A stretch of DNA of 64,000 nucleotides from a virus (taxonomy: Duplodnaviria; Caudoviricetes): IMG/VR virus record IMGVR_UViG_3300026549_000064, positions 21,016 to 85,015 of that record; one strand, given 5' to 3'. The position numbers and the translations under genes are program-made. Below, piece after piece: positions 1-7,597 of the stretch. The stretch's first letter is position 1. Each line of letters opens with the position of its first letter. The notes under the pieces were generated by a model. That model made no database searches. It was not told where the DNA came from and worked only from the letters and a program-made list of their open reading frames with translations.

Positions 1-25
1 TAACGTGATCTCTTTTGTCTTTCAT
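1..25 (-). CDS. Start of a hypothetical protein running off the left edge (MKDKRDHV...)
   Basis: ATG at 25-23 preceded by a GGAGG SD and downstream of the early promoter motif at 150. Confidence 0.45.
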
Positions 26-149
26 TGTTAAACCCTCCTACTAAAGTTCTATAAAAAAGAAGAATTAAATAATAAAGTAGGTAGACCTTAGCGTCTATCA
101 TAACTCTCTCCCTGTTATACAGTTGTAAAGTTACAACTATCACACATTA

Positions 150-176
150 GTAATATATAAATATTACTATGGAAAA
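150..176 (-). promoter_or_regulatory. phiKZ-type early (virion RNAP) promoter, TATATATTAC
   Basis: Minus strand reads TATATATTAC, containing the phiKZ early consensus TATATTAC; the motif recurs at many sites in the window. Confidence 0.65.
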
Positions 177-198
177 AATGATGAACTTTTGAGATAAA

Positions 199-226
199 AG
201 AGTACTGGCCTGCAGGCCAGTACTCT
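199..226. terminator. Palindromic intrinsic terminator
   Basis: Perfect palindrome agagtactggcctgcaggccagtactct just downstream of the 252..800 stop, flanked by A/T runs. Confidence 0.6.
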
Positions 227-251
227 ACACAGTTGAAGATTATACTAACAG

Positions 252-800
252 TTACTTGTGGTAATGCTCATAGAGATCTTTGGCACAGCAATACATGAAC
301 TTTAGTAATTCCGCTTTGAATTTCTCTACCCTGATTCTGAATCCCATCTCGTCGTTGTTTAGTTTGAATACGCACTCAGCACTCCGATAGGCTCCTTCAA
401 GAAGGTCATCATTGATTAGCTCATTGTACATAGCGTGTTGAAGAACCTCGATGATTTTGTCAGGATCGCCGTAATGGTCATAAGTTCTTCCGCGGACACG
501 CGATATACCTTTCGCGAGATAATCAGAGAGGATCCATACAGTCATCTCGTAATACTCTCCGAGGTACCACCGACAAGCACCACGCTTTTCATATTCTTCG
601 GGGATACTATCGATAGTTTCTGCTATGACGTCTCTTAAACCATCTTTGTGTACGTCTATTAGACGAAAGGTAGTGTTCATTTCTTCTTCTACCCTAGCTA
701 TCCCTTCGTGTAGGGCTTTCGCAAGACGATCTACTGCACCCGAAAGTTGATCATTAGATTTTTCAGGTGCAGGAAGTTCTGTTGTTTCCTTTTCATCCAT
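252..800 (-). CDS. Hypothetical protein (182 aa)
   Basis: Open ORF in an operon with 800..1396; no recognisable motif. Confidence 0.75.
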   Translation of the reverse strand: MDEKETTELPAPEKSNDQLSGAVDRLAKALHEGIARVEEEMNTTFRLIDVHKDGLRDVIAETIDSIPEEYEKRGACRWYLGEYYEMTVWILSDYLAKGISRVRGRTYDHYGDPDKIIEVLQHAMYNELINDDLLEGAYRSAECVFKLNNDEMGFRIRVEKFKAELLKFMYCCAKDLYEHYHK

Positions 801-1396
801 TATTTCGTACCTCCGTAAAACTTTTCCCAGATCTGCATATCGTTCTTGTAGTTCAGTTCTGCGTTTAGTCCTTCCAGCTGGGCAAAGAATAGGATTCCTT
901 TGCCTACCTTGTCATAAGCTTTGCATGTTTTCTTGAGAGCATGCCACACTTCATCTGCATACCAAAATAAGTGGCTGTCCTCGATGCTGAGCTTAAATAA
1001 ATAGTCCCGCTGCGACTCAAGCTTAAATTCGCTTATCCAGCTCTGAAGATGTTCTTCAGATTTACGCCAGCTAGCTAATTTGCTAGTTGCGATATCTTCA
1101 AACGCTTCCCAATCTTCAAGATGTTTATCGAGACGCTTGACGTTAGAATCAGTTATAGAAGTTACTGATTCTTTCGCAGCTTTTTTCCAAGCCATTGTCT
1201 TGTAGTAAAACAGCTTATCATCATCGATAAGCTGCTTACCGTTGAACGTAAAACAGTTGGGGCCTGACATAAATGCTTTCTCAGTCCCTCCCTGCAGTTT
1301 GTATTCTCTAGCCTGGCTATCGAAAGCTTTGATAGCCATTTTCTTAAGCCAAGCGTCTTTCTTCTTGACTTCAAGCATTTTTCTCGTACTGCTCAT
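800..1396 (-). CDS. Hypothetical protein (198 aa)
   Basis: AGGAG SD; stop overlaps the next start (TAATG). Confidence 0.75.
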   Translation of the reverse strand: MSSTRKMLEVKKKDAWLKKMAIKAFDSQAREYKLQGGTEKAFMSGPNCFTFNGKQLIDDDKLFYYKTMAWKKAAKESVTSITDSNVKRLDKHLEDWEAFEDIATSKLASWRKSEEHLQSWISEFKLESQRDYLFKLSIEDSHLFWYADEVWHALKKTCKAYDKVGKGILFFAQLEGLNAELNYKNDMQIWEKFYGGTK

Positions 1397-1405
1397 GTTA
1401 ACTCC

Positions 1406-2200
1406 TTAAACGAACTCACATTCGTTTTGAAAAACAACAAGATGCTCATGATCATCCCAAATACGATTGGCACCTATTCTTCCGAATAGGTCGATGGTTA
1501 CAATATCTTCTTCCCCAAAGGTAATAGATTTGATTTTCCAATACACCCGGGTGAAATTACCGTTACTGCAAGCTAGCGTATAATACAGCGTTCTATCACG
1601 ACAGTTAATGTGATATTTATCTATACGCCTAATTTGTTCTTCTTGAGTTACTGCATACTTCTTAACAAGATGTTCAAGACAGTGAGCACGCATTGGTAAA
1701 TCGGCATTGTGCGCGCAAAACATTACATCGTCTTTTAACGCATTCCATATACGTTTGAATCTTTTTGCTAAAATTTTTCCATACCCGCAATAGAGAGCGT
1801 GGATATCAGCTTTTCCTTCATCCGGAGCAATAAGTGCATAAGCGTGTGGGTGATCTACTTTAAGCCTTTTTTCTGTTCCTAGTATATATTGCTGGGCGTG
1901 CCCAAATTCATGGCAGATAGTAGCTCCAAGTTCGTCAAATGCTTCGCGGTTGGTAAAATCAAGAACAGTACCTATTACGTGAATAGTAACAAGTACTGTT
2001 TTCTGCCCGGTTGAATCTTTTTTGCAAATCCCTGCACCTTCAAATCCATAGCTGATAGCGCTGAGCCCGTCAGAAGCTATTGCCGGCTGCATAATTACCT
2101 GAAATTGCTTAACTCTACTAGTGGGAAATGGATCGGTGATGAGGCACTTCTGGCCGATGGGTGCCTCGATGAGCTTTTGCAGCTCAGTTTTATTTAGCAT
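1406..2200 (-). CDS. Putative zincin-like metallopeptidase (HEXXH), early gene
   Basis: TICHEFGHAQ motif plus downstream EGKADIHALYCGYG; GGAGG SD; TATATTAC promoter upstream. Confidence 0.6.
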   Translation of the reverse strand: MLNKTELQKLIEAPIGQKCLITDPFPTSRVKQFQVIMQPAIASDGLSAISYGFEGAGICKKDSTGQKTVLVTIHVIGTVLDFTNREAFDELGATICHEFGHAQQYILGTEKRLKVDHPHAYALIAPDEGKADIHALYCGYGKILAKRFKRIWNALKDDVMFCAHNADLPMRAHCLEHLVKKYAVTQEEQIRRIDKYHINCRDRTLYYTLACSNGNFTRVYWKIKSITFGEEDIVTIDLFGRIGANRIWDDHEHLVVFQNECEFV

Positions 2201-2229
2201 AAAACCTCCTAAATAAATTATGCGTAGTA

Positions 2230-2256
2230 GTAATATATAAATATTATCGTTATGAA
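2230..2256 (-). promoter_or_regulatory. Early promoter TTCATAA-N10-TATATATTAC
   Basis: Match to the recurrent bipartite motif. Confidence 0.7.
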
Positions 2257-2319
2257 AAAAAAATAAACAGGGGAGTTTCAGCTTTTTGGCATCCCCTGTT
2301 TTTTGTTAGCTGGTTAGAG

Positions 2320-2730
2320 TTATCTCTGCCAGCCGAAATAATGATACAACTCACTAGTGAGGTATTCATTCTTCTTCTTCAGAAGAAGATCCCCACTTTT
2401 GTTATAAACAACAACAGTGTCCGCCCAGCTATGCTTGCTGGGTATGTACCTCCTTACAATGAGATTTGAAATTTCAGCATCCGAGAATACCTGGGGCTTA
2501 CCGCCTTTGAGGCTATATCTGGCTTCTCCGTGACGGAGAAGCCAGCCATTCTCAGTGCGTATGTACGCACTGAGTTCGTAGCTCGCCCCGAAATTCGGGG
2601 CGAGCTCGATCGCGTTCCGGTCCTCCTGCCCTAAGGCAGTTACCACCGCTGCATTACGAACAATACGCGCTACGCGAGCGCGCATGTGGTTGATTCTCTG
2701 GTAGCTGATAGGTCTTACAATTCTATCCAT
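2320..2730 (-). CDS. Basic hypothetical protein, paralog A (136 aa, MDRIVRP...)
   Basis: AAGGAG-N7-ATG at 2730. The longer GTG-started version in the track is out of frame in the paralog, so that stretch is probably 5' UTR. Confidence 0.75.
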   Translation of the reverse strand: MDRIVRPISYQRINHMRARVARIVRNAAVVTALGQEDRNAIELAPNFGASYELSAYIRTENGWLLRHGEARYSLKGGKPQVFSDAEISNLIVRRYIPSKHSWADTVVVYNKSGDLLLKKKNEYLTSELYHYFGWQR

Positions 2731-2800
2731 AATAATTCTCCTTGCTCTTTCGAGCTTGATTAAAACTGACTTTCGGAACTTAATCCTATTTGCCACTTTA

Positions 2801-2827
2801 ATGATATATATATATAGAATTGACGAA
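2801..2827 (-). promoter_or_regulatory. Early promoter variant TTCGTCA-N10-TATATATCAT
   Basis: Same architecture as the TATATTAC sites. Confidence 0.6.
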
Positions 2828-2856
2828 CAGGCATTGCATATGCAATGCCTGCCGGT

Positions 2857-3249
2857 TTAAGCTTTAAGCCATTTTTCTTTTTCAGTAGAATATTGGTATT
2901 TCTTTTGTATGGTTATTTCGTAGTTATAGGTAGCTGATACGATTTCTAAATCTGAATTTTCTTCAATCAATTTATTTAGGTACTGCTTAACAGTGCTGCT
3001 GAACCAAACTGATCCACCACTACGAAAATGACAAGGCTTGTAGCGCGGGTTACCGTTTCTGTCTTTGTAGCAGTTAGCATCTGATTCCGTATTTAAGTGG
3101 CCTACGTGAAGTTCTGTAGCTTGACTATCCCAGGATGCTTCATCACGAGCTAAGCGATATTTCTTTGTTCCAGTCTGAAGAATAATTTCAAATTTATAAG
3201 CTGAATCAATTAGCTGTTCAAGTTTCTTTTTACTTTTTTCACTTATCAT
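2857..3249 (-). CDS. Hypothetical protein, tandem paralog 1 of 3
   Basis: Shares K-L-D/E...Y/F-x-I/L-x-L-x-S/T-G-x-x-x-Y/F and LI...DLEI/V-x-A-x-Y patterns with the next two ORFs. Confidence 0.75.
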   Translation of the reverse strand: MISEKSKKKLEQLIDSAYKFEIILQTGTKKYRLARDEASWDSQATELHVGHLNTESDANCYKDRNGNPRYKPCHFRSGGSVWFSSTVKQYLNKLIEENSDLEIVSATYNYEITIQKKYQYSTEKEKWLKA

Positions 3250-3689
3250 ATTTCACACACCAGCTGCCAAGCATCAGCACTATGCCATCTCTTAGCGTGA
3301 CAATCTTTGATCCATTTACCGGTAGAGATATCTAACCGATGATACGATTTCTTTAAGTAGTCGGCAGCCAGTACTTCTAAATCTGGTCTAGTTTGTATTA
3401 ATAGAGTTAAATACTGTTTTAGTTCTTCGGTGCTTGGACTCCACAGCGACCTTCCGTTTAGATGGCAAGGTGATGTGTTCAGCCAATGATTAGTTTCGTT
3501 TCTAAATCCGCTGTTAGGGCTAACATCAGTCCAAGATGCACTGTCGGATGTGGAGATCTCTCTATTGCCGACACGAAGTACACTACGAGTGAAATAGAAT
3601 CTTAAAGTACCACTGCTCAGTACAAGACCATAACTTCTAGCCGTTTCAAGTATCTTGTCAAGCTTAGCTATCATTTTTTTCTTTAGCAT
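3246..3689 (-). CDS. Hypothetical protein, tandem paralog 2 of 3
   Basis: Same shared motifs; overlapping start/stop. Confidence 0.75.
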   Translation of the reverse strand: MLKKKMIAKLDKILETARSYGLVLSSGTLRFYFTRSVLRVGNREISTSDSASWTDVSPNSGFRNETNHWLNTSPCHLNGRSLWSPSTEELKQYLTLLIQTRPDLEVLAADYLKKSYHRLDISTGKWIKDCHAKRWHSADAWQLVCEI

Positions 3690-4114
3690 ATTTCATCCTT
3701 CAGATTACTGCAATCTACTGCAAACCATTCGTTATTATCTTTTGAGAGATTGTAACGCTCGTAAGTTATTTTGGTGTAAGTTGCTGATTCTATTTCCAGG
3801 TCTGGCATGTCCTGAATTAACTTAGAGAGAGTATCTTTCAGCAAATCAGCAGGCCACGGACATATAAGATCACCGTTGATTCGATAGGGCTTCCAATCAA
3901 TTACTTTAAGTTTACCATAATTTCGTTTATAATACTGCTCGGGAGATGCTGCGACGACGTATGCTACGCTAGCAAAAATATACCCGCAGCAATCATCTAG
4001 ATGTACAACTTTGTCAAATTTGAATTTAGTTATACCGCTTTTAAGTATGATACAGTAGCGATCCGCATGTTCAAATACCCAATCGAGCTTGTTTTCAGTT
4101 TCTTTATCTATCAT
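3683..4114 (-). CDS. Hypothetical protein, tandem paralog 3 of 3
   Basis: Same shared motifs; GAGG SD. Confidence 0.75.
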   Translation of the reverse strand: MIDKETENKLDWVFEHADRYCIILKSGITKFKFDKVVHLDDCCGYIFASVAYVVAASPEQYYKRNYGKLKVIDWKPYRINGDLICPWPADLLKDTLSKLIQDMPDLEIESATYTKITYERYNLSKDNNEWFAVDCSNLKDEIC

Positions 4115-4200
4115 GTATTACCTCTCTAGTTAAACTATATGAAAAAGTTAGTAAATATTAAAATAGGTAGACTCCGGAATACTCCGGAGTCTACCTATGA

Positions 4201-5160
4201 TTATGCAGCTGTGTCTTGAGCAGCTCCATTTATAGCGTATTGTAATCTAAGATAAGTTTTTACCAACGGGTTATCATTACGTTCACGAAGCTTAGTGTGC
4301 GTTTTCTCGTAGGCCTCTACCGTAACACCAAGATGACCACAATCGCATATAGCTTCTTCAGGAGTAAATGCGGTGAACATATTGGCGTATGGATTTTCTC
4401 CGTAGTAATTTCCATCAGGAGCATCGAAGAAATTGGTATAGTAGCGTGGATCTACGTATAGCATGTACATAATGCTCAGTAGAGTTGCCCATTCTTTATA
4501 GTTGTAGCACACATCTGCTGATTTATATCTAATGCTACGTACGATACCAGTTAGTGTGTCGTATAATTGCGAAATAAGAAGCGGAATGCTGCTAGCCGGA
4601 CTAGCACGCCACTGGCTATTACGTTCATCTGCCTTGTAAGCTTCACGATTTCCACGAATAGCTACTTCAAAGACTTCTAGCTCACGCATTATTCCTGTTT
4701 TAATTACAGGTTTACCGTTAAGTAGATCTTGAGTGGTAGTAACTAGTTCGTTGGAGAGATCTATGTTACTAGCTCTGGTTTTTAGCTCATTTAATACGTT
4801 ATCAATAGATGCTGCGGTAGCTGCATCTAGTAGCACCGTATTCAGAAATCTATTGCCTTTACTGAAGGTAGCAGCTTGATCAAGTAATCTGTTGACAACA
4901 CGATCTAGCTTCATCTTAATGAAGAGTGATAGTTCACGCTGATGAGTGCTGTAATACTGGTGGATGAGCTTAGGGTTATCTTTCCACACAGTATTAAACA
5001 TATTAGCGTATTGTGCCGCTATAAATAACGTAGTATTACGTATGTCAACCTGCTTAAGCAGTTCAATGAGAACGATATCTCGACAAATAGTTAAATTCTC
5101 GATACGTCCTCTACTGTTAACTGCTGAGTTGGCAGGTTTCATTACGTCAAAAATTTCCAT
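4201..5160 (-). CDS. Putative virion-associated protein (319 aa)
   Basis: Third gene of a tightly coupled three-gene operon resembling the phiKZ gp32-34 block (recalled synteny). Confidence 0.45.
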   Translation of the reverse strand: MEIFDVMKPANSAVNSRGRIENLTICRDIVLIELLKQVDIRNTTLFIAAQYANMFNTVWKDNPKLIHQYYSTHQRELSLFIKMKLDRVVNRLLDQAATFSKGNRFLNTVLLDAATAASIDNVLNELKTRASNIDLSNELVTTTQDLLNGKPVIKTGIMRELEVFEVAIRGNREAYKADERNSQWRASPASSIPLLISQLYDTLTGIVRSIRYKSADVCYNYKEWATLLSIMYMLYVDPRYYTNFFDAPDGNYYGENPYANMFTAFTPEEAICDCGHLGVTVEAYEKTHTKLRERNDNPLVKTYLRLQYAINGAAQDTAA

Positions 5161-5162
5161 AA

Positions 5163-6146
5163 TTACTCCCCGTTTTCGAAGTCTTGAATCTCTTTGTCAT
5201 ACTCAGCTATCTTAGCATCGTAAGTCTTAATAACATTAAGAATTTTATTGTATTCGGGACTGGAAGGTTTTTTGTCAGCTAAATCCATGCGCATAATAGC
5301 TACGTGATTGATTAGCCACTCTCTCGATTCTTTAATTTTGTTGTTTCTATTAACCTTATAACGAAGCCATGCGTTACCGATTGCCTTGAAAATGTTAAGG
5401 TGCGAAAGAGCTCCAAGGAGAGTATCCAGTAAATCTCCTGGATAGAAATTCATGGCAGCACGCTGATCAAAATCGATGTTTCCACCGAAGCCTAAAACCA
5501 TATCAGCATTTTGTTTACGCATTCTGGAAACATCGTCAAGGAAATTATAATCTCCACGATGCTCGAGTACTCGTGAGATAATTTTTCCTACCTGCTCAGC
5601 ATTCTCCATAACAAATTTGTTACGGTACTTAGGGATAGATCCGGCAGTATCGTTACCGATACGAGTGAGGTAAGTGAACAGATACATACTGAAATTGGCT
5701 ATCAGATTACTATCTCTGAGCATGCCGAGTACAGCCAAAGTGCTCATTTTTGTTTCGTAAATATCTACGGAATCTTTGTCAAAGAAATCGTCAAGCTTTG
5801 GCTTGATCTCTGCTAAAATTTTAGCAAAAATAGAATTTGCTTTACGTAAACTGGATAGCGGGCATTTTCTCTCAGATGCCATAGCACCGTTACCAAGATG
5901 CTTGTAATATTCATCTAGGCAGGTGTGAAACTCATCGTTGGAGTGATCGAGAGCCGGCCTAACTTTGTTGGTCATCCAGTCGCACATCTCTTGATCAGTG
6001 AAATCCTTAAGAGAGCTGCTAATGTCAGTGTGCAATTTAATGTTTTGGTCGATGACGTCCTCTACATCTTCACGCTTCATGTTAGCGATGCGATTTTTGT
6101 CATGCCAATCTTTGATAGCTTTAGCTATCTTAGTTAAAAACATCAT
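5163..6146 (-). CDS. Putative virion structural protein (327 aa)
   Basis: Operon context; C-terminal helical pattern as in phiKZ-like gp33-type proteins (from memory). Confidence 0.45.
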   Translation of the reverse strand: MMFLTKIAKAIKDWHDKNRIANMKREDVEDVIDQNIKLHTDISSSLKDFTDQEMCDWMTNKVRPALDHSNDEFHTCLDEYYKHLGNGAMASERKCPLSSLRKANSIFAKILAEIKPKLDDFFDKDSVDIYETKMSTLAVLGMLRDSNLIANFSMYLFTYLTRIGNDTAGSIPKYRNKFVMENAEQVGKIISRVLEHRGDYNFLDDVSRMRKQNADMVLGFGGNIDFDQRAAMNFYPGDLLDTLLGALSHLNIFKAIGNAWLRYKVNRNNKIKESREWLINHVAIMRMDLADKKPSSPEYNKILNVIKTYDAKIAEYDKEIQDFENGE

Positions 6147-6164
6147 AAACCGTACTTCTCCTTA

Positions 6165-7256
6165 TTAGAACTTGGGTGCGAGACCTTGTGCATACTGCTT
6201 CATCATGGTCATAATGTCAACGCTTTCAGTCTTGGAATTACGTTTGCACTGATCGAAAGTTAATTCGCTAGTAGTATTGATGCCGTTGTAATACATATGT
6301 ATCTTACTATACATGACGTCTACTACTACTACGATCATTGACATAGTAGCTTCAAAGAATTTCTGACGGCTATCGTATCTTTGGAAGTTGATTCCTGAAG
6401 TGCTGCAAGCTCTCTTAAATCCCTTGCTCTCATAAATCAGTATAGTGTTGGCAATATTCTGTCTATTGGGCTCAACGTTAAGTAATTTAAGCCACAGGTT
6501 TCCAACTGCATTAGATCTACGATCTTCCATCTCAGATAGAACGCCGGTCTTGTCTTCGCGAAGTGCTTTGTATCTTTGTGCTCGAAGATCACAACCTAAA
6601 ATAAAATCACTCCAGAAAGATATTTCGCCAGAAGTCATCTGTAACCATCTTTGAGAGAATGACGGCTCAAAATTCATAGCAATGAACTGAGCTGAAACGT
6701 CTTGTGTTACGAAAATAGGGTGAAGCTGTACTAATAGCTGTACAGTAGTTGTGATTGATTTTTTCTCTTCATTGTTAAAGTTAGATAGTTTAGCATTGAT
6801 TACACGGCCAACTGGTAAAGGCTGTACGCTTGACGACTTAGATATCTCGGCAACTGCAGAGGACGACTCACTTTCCATTCCTGCAAATTTATTGTTTTCT
6901 GAAGGTTTGGTTAAAGCGAAGTATTTGGTAATCTCAGTCTTAACGTTAGTTATTGGCTTGAAGTCCTCAGTGGCTACTGTAGATAACACATCACGTACTC
7001 TTTGTGTACCAGTAACGTATGCGTTTAAGTTTAAGGCTGTTAGAATAAGACCAATGTAGAGATCCAGCAGATTAAGCATAATTGGCGTAAGGATATCTTC
7101 ATTGGCTAGCACATCATCAATATAAACTCTGCTGATAACGGTTGATCTTTTAACGAATTTGAATAGAGATGAGTTAGCATTATCTTGTACGTCGTGAATT
7201 GCGTTCACTATGTCGGATAGTGTTTCTTTACTATCTGAGATAACAGTATCGGCCAT
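6165..7256 (-). CDS. Putative virion structural protein, phiKZ gp32-like (363 aa)
   Basis: Better start MADTVIS at 7256 with AGAGG SD; internal GME motif fits phiKZ-type prohead protease sites. Confidence 0.5.
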   Translation of the reverse strand: MADTVISDSKETLSDIVNAIHDVQDNANSSLFKFVKRSTVISRVYIDDVLANEDILTPIMLNLLDLYIGLILTALNLNAYVTGTQRVRDVLSTVATEDFKPITNVKTEITKYFALTKPSENNKFAGMESESSSAVAEISKSSSVQPLPVGRVINAKLSNFNNEEKKSITTTVQLLVQLHPIFVTQDVSAQFIAMNFEPSFSQRWLQMTSGEISFWSDFILGCDLRAQRYKALREDKTGVLSEMEDRRSNAVGNLWLKLLNVEPNRQNIANTILIYESKGFKRACSTSGINFQRYDSRQKFFEATMSMIVVVVDVMYSKIHMYYNGINTTSELTFDQCKRNSKTESVDIMTMMKQYAQGLAPKF

Positions 7257-7336
7257 TGTTAAAATCCTCTGTAGTAGTTTGATATCTAGCCAATATGGCA
7301 ATACTGGCCTAGATGCAGTCATAAAATATTGGTAGA

Positions 7337-7368
7337 GCTGGAAGGGCCGTGAGACCCTTCCAGCTGAT
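7337..7368 (-). terminator. Intrinsic terminator after the nrdD cluster
   Basis: gctggaagggccgtgagacccttccagc hairpin. Confidence 0.55.
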
Positions 7369-7391
7369 TAGCTGTTTAGCATCTGATTAAC

Positions 7392-7559
7392 TTAAGCGGC
7401 GCACTTGCAGGGCTCGACGTTAGAGATACTGTGCTTAACACGTTCCTTGACTTCGCTTAGTTTAGCACTGTTAAAGCGATCAGTGCGCGCCAGGTAGCCA
7501 GTGATACGTGCGATGTGAGTGAAACCTACTCCCTCGCCGATAAGTGTTGTCTTCGTCAT
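7392..7559 (-). CDS. Stand-alone glycyl-radical peptide of class III RNR (55 aa; not in the ORF track)
   Basis: Translates MTKTTLIGEGVGFTHIARITGYLARTDRFNSAKLSEVKERVKHSISNVEPCKCAA; contains the RITGYL glycyl-radical motif missing from the large NrdD; GGAGG SD. Confidence 0.9.
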   Translation of the reverse strand: MTKTTLIGEGVGFTHIARITGYLARTDRFNSAKLSEVKERVKHSISNVEPCKCAA

Positions 7560-7597
7560 GATGCGTATAATCCTCCGTGGATGTTGCAGGTTAAGGC

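Larger units (their letters stand above)
2257..2830 (-). repeat. Duplicated promoter-gene-terminator cassette, copy 1
   Basis: Closely similar to 11790..12371, including a near-identical terminator region (caggggagtttcagctttttggcatcccctg) and upstream GTTCGTCAATT. Confidence 0.9.
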
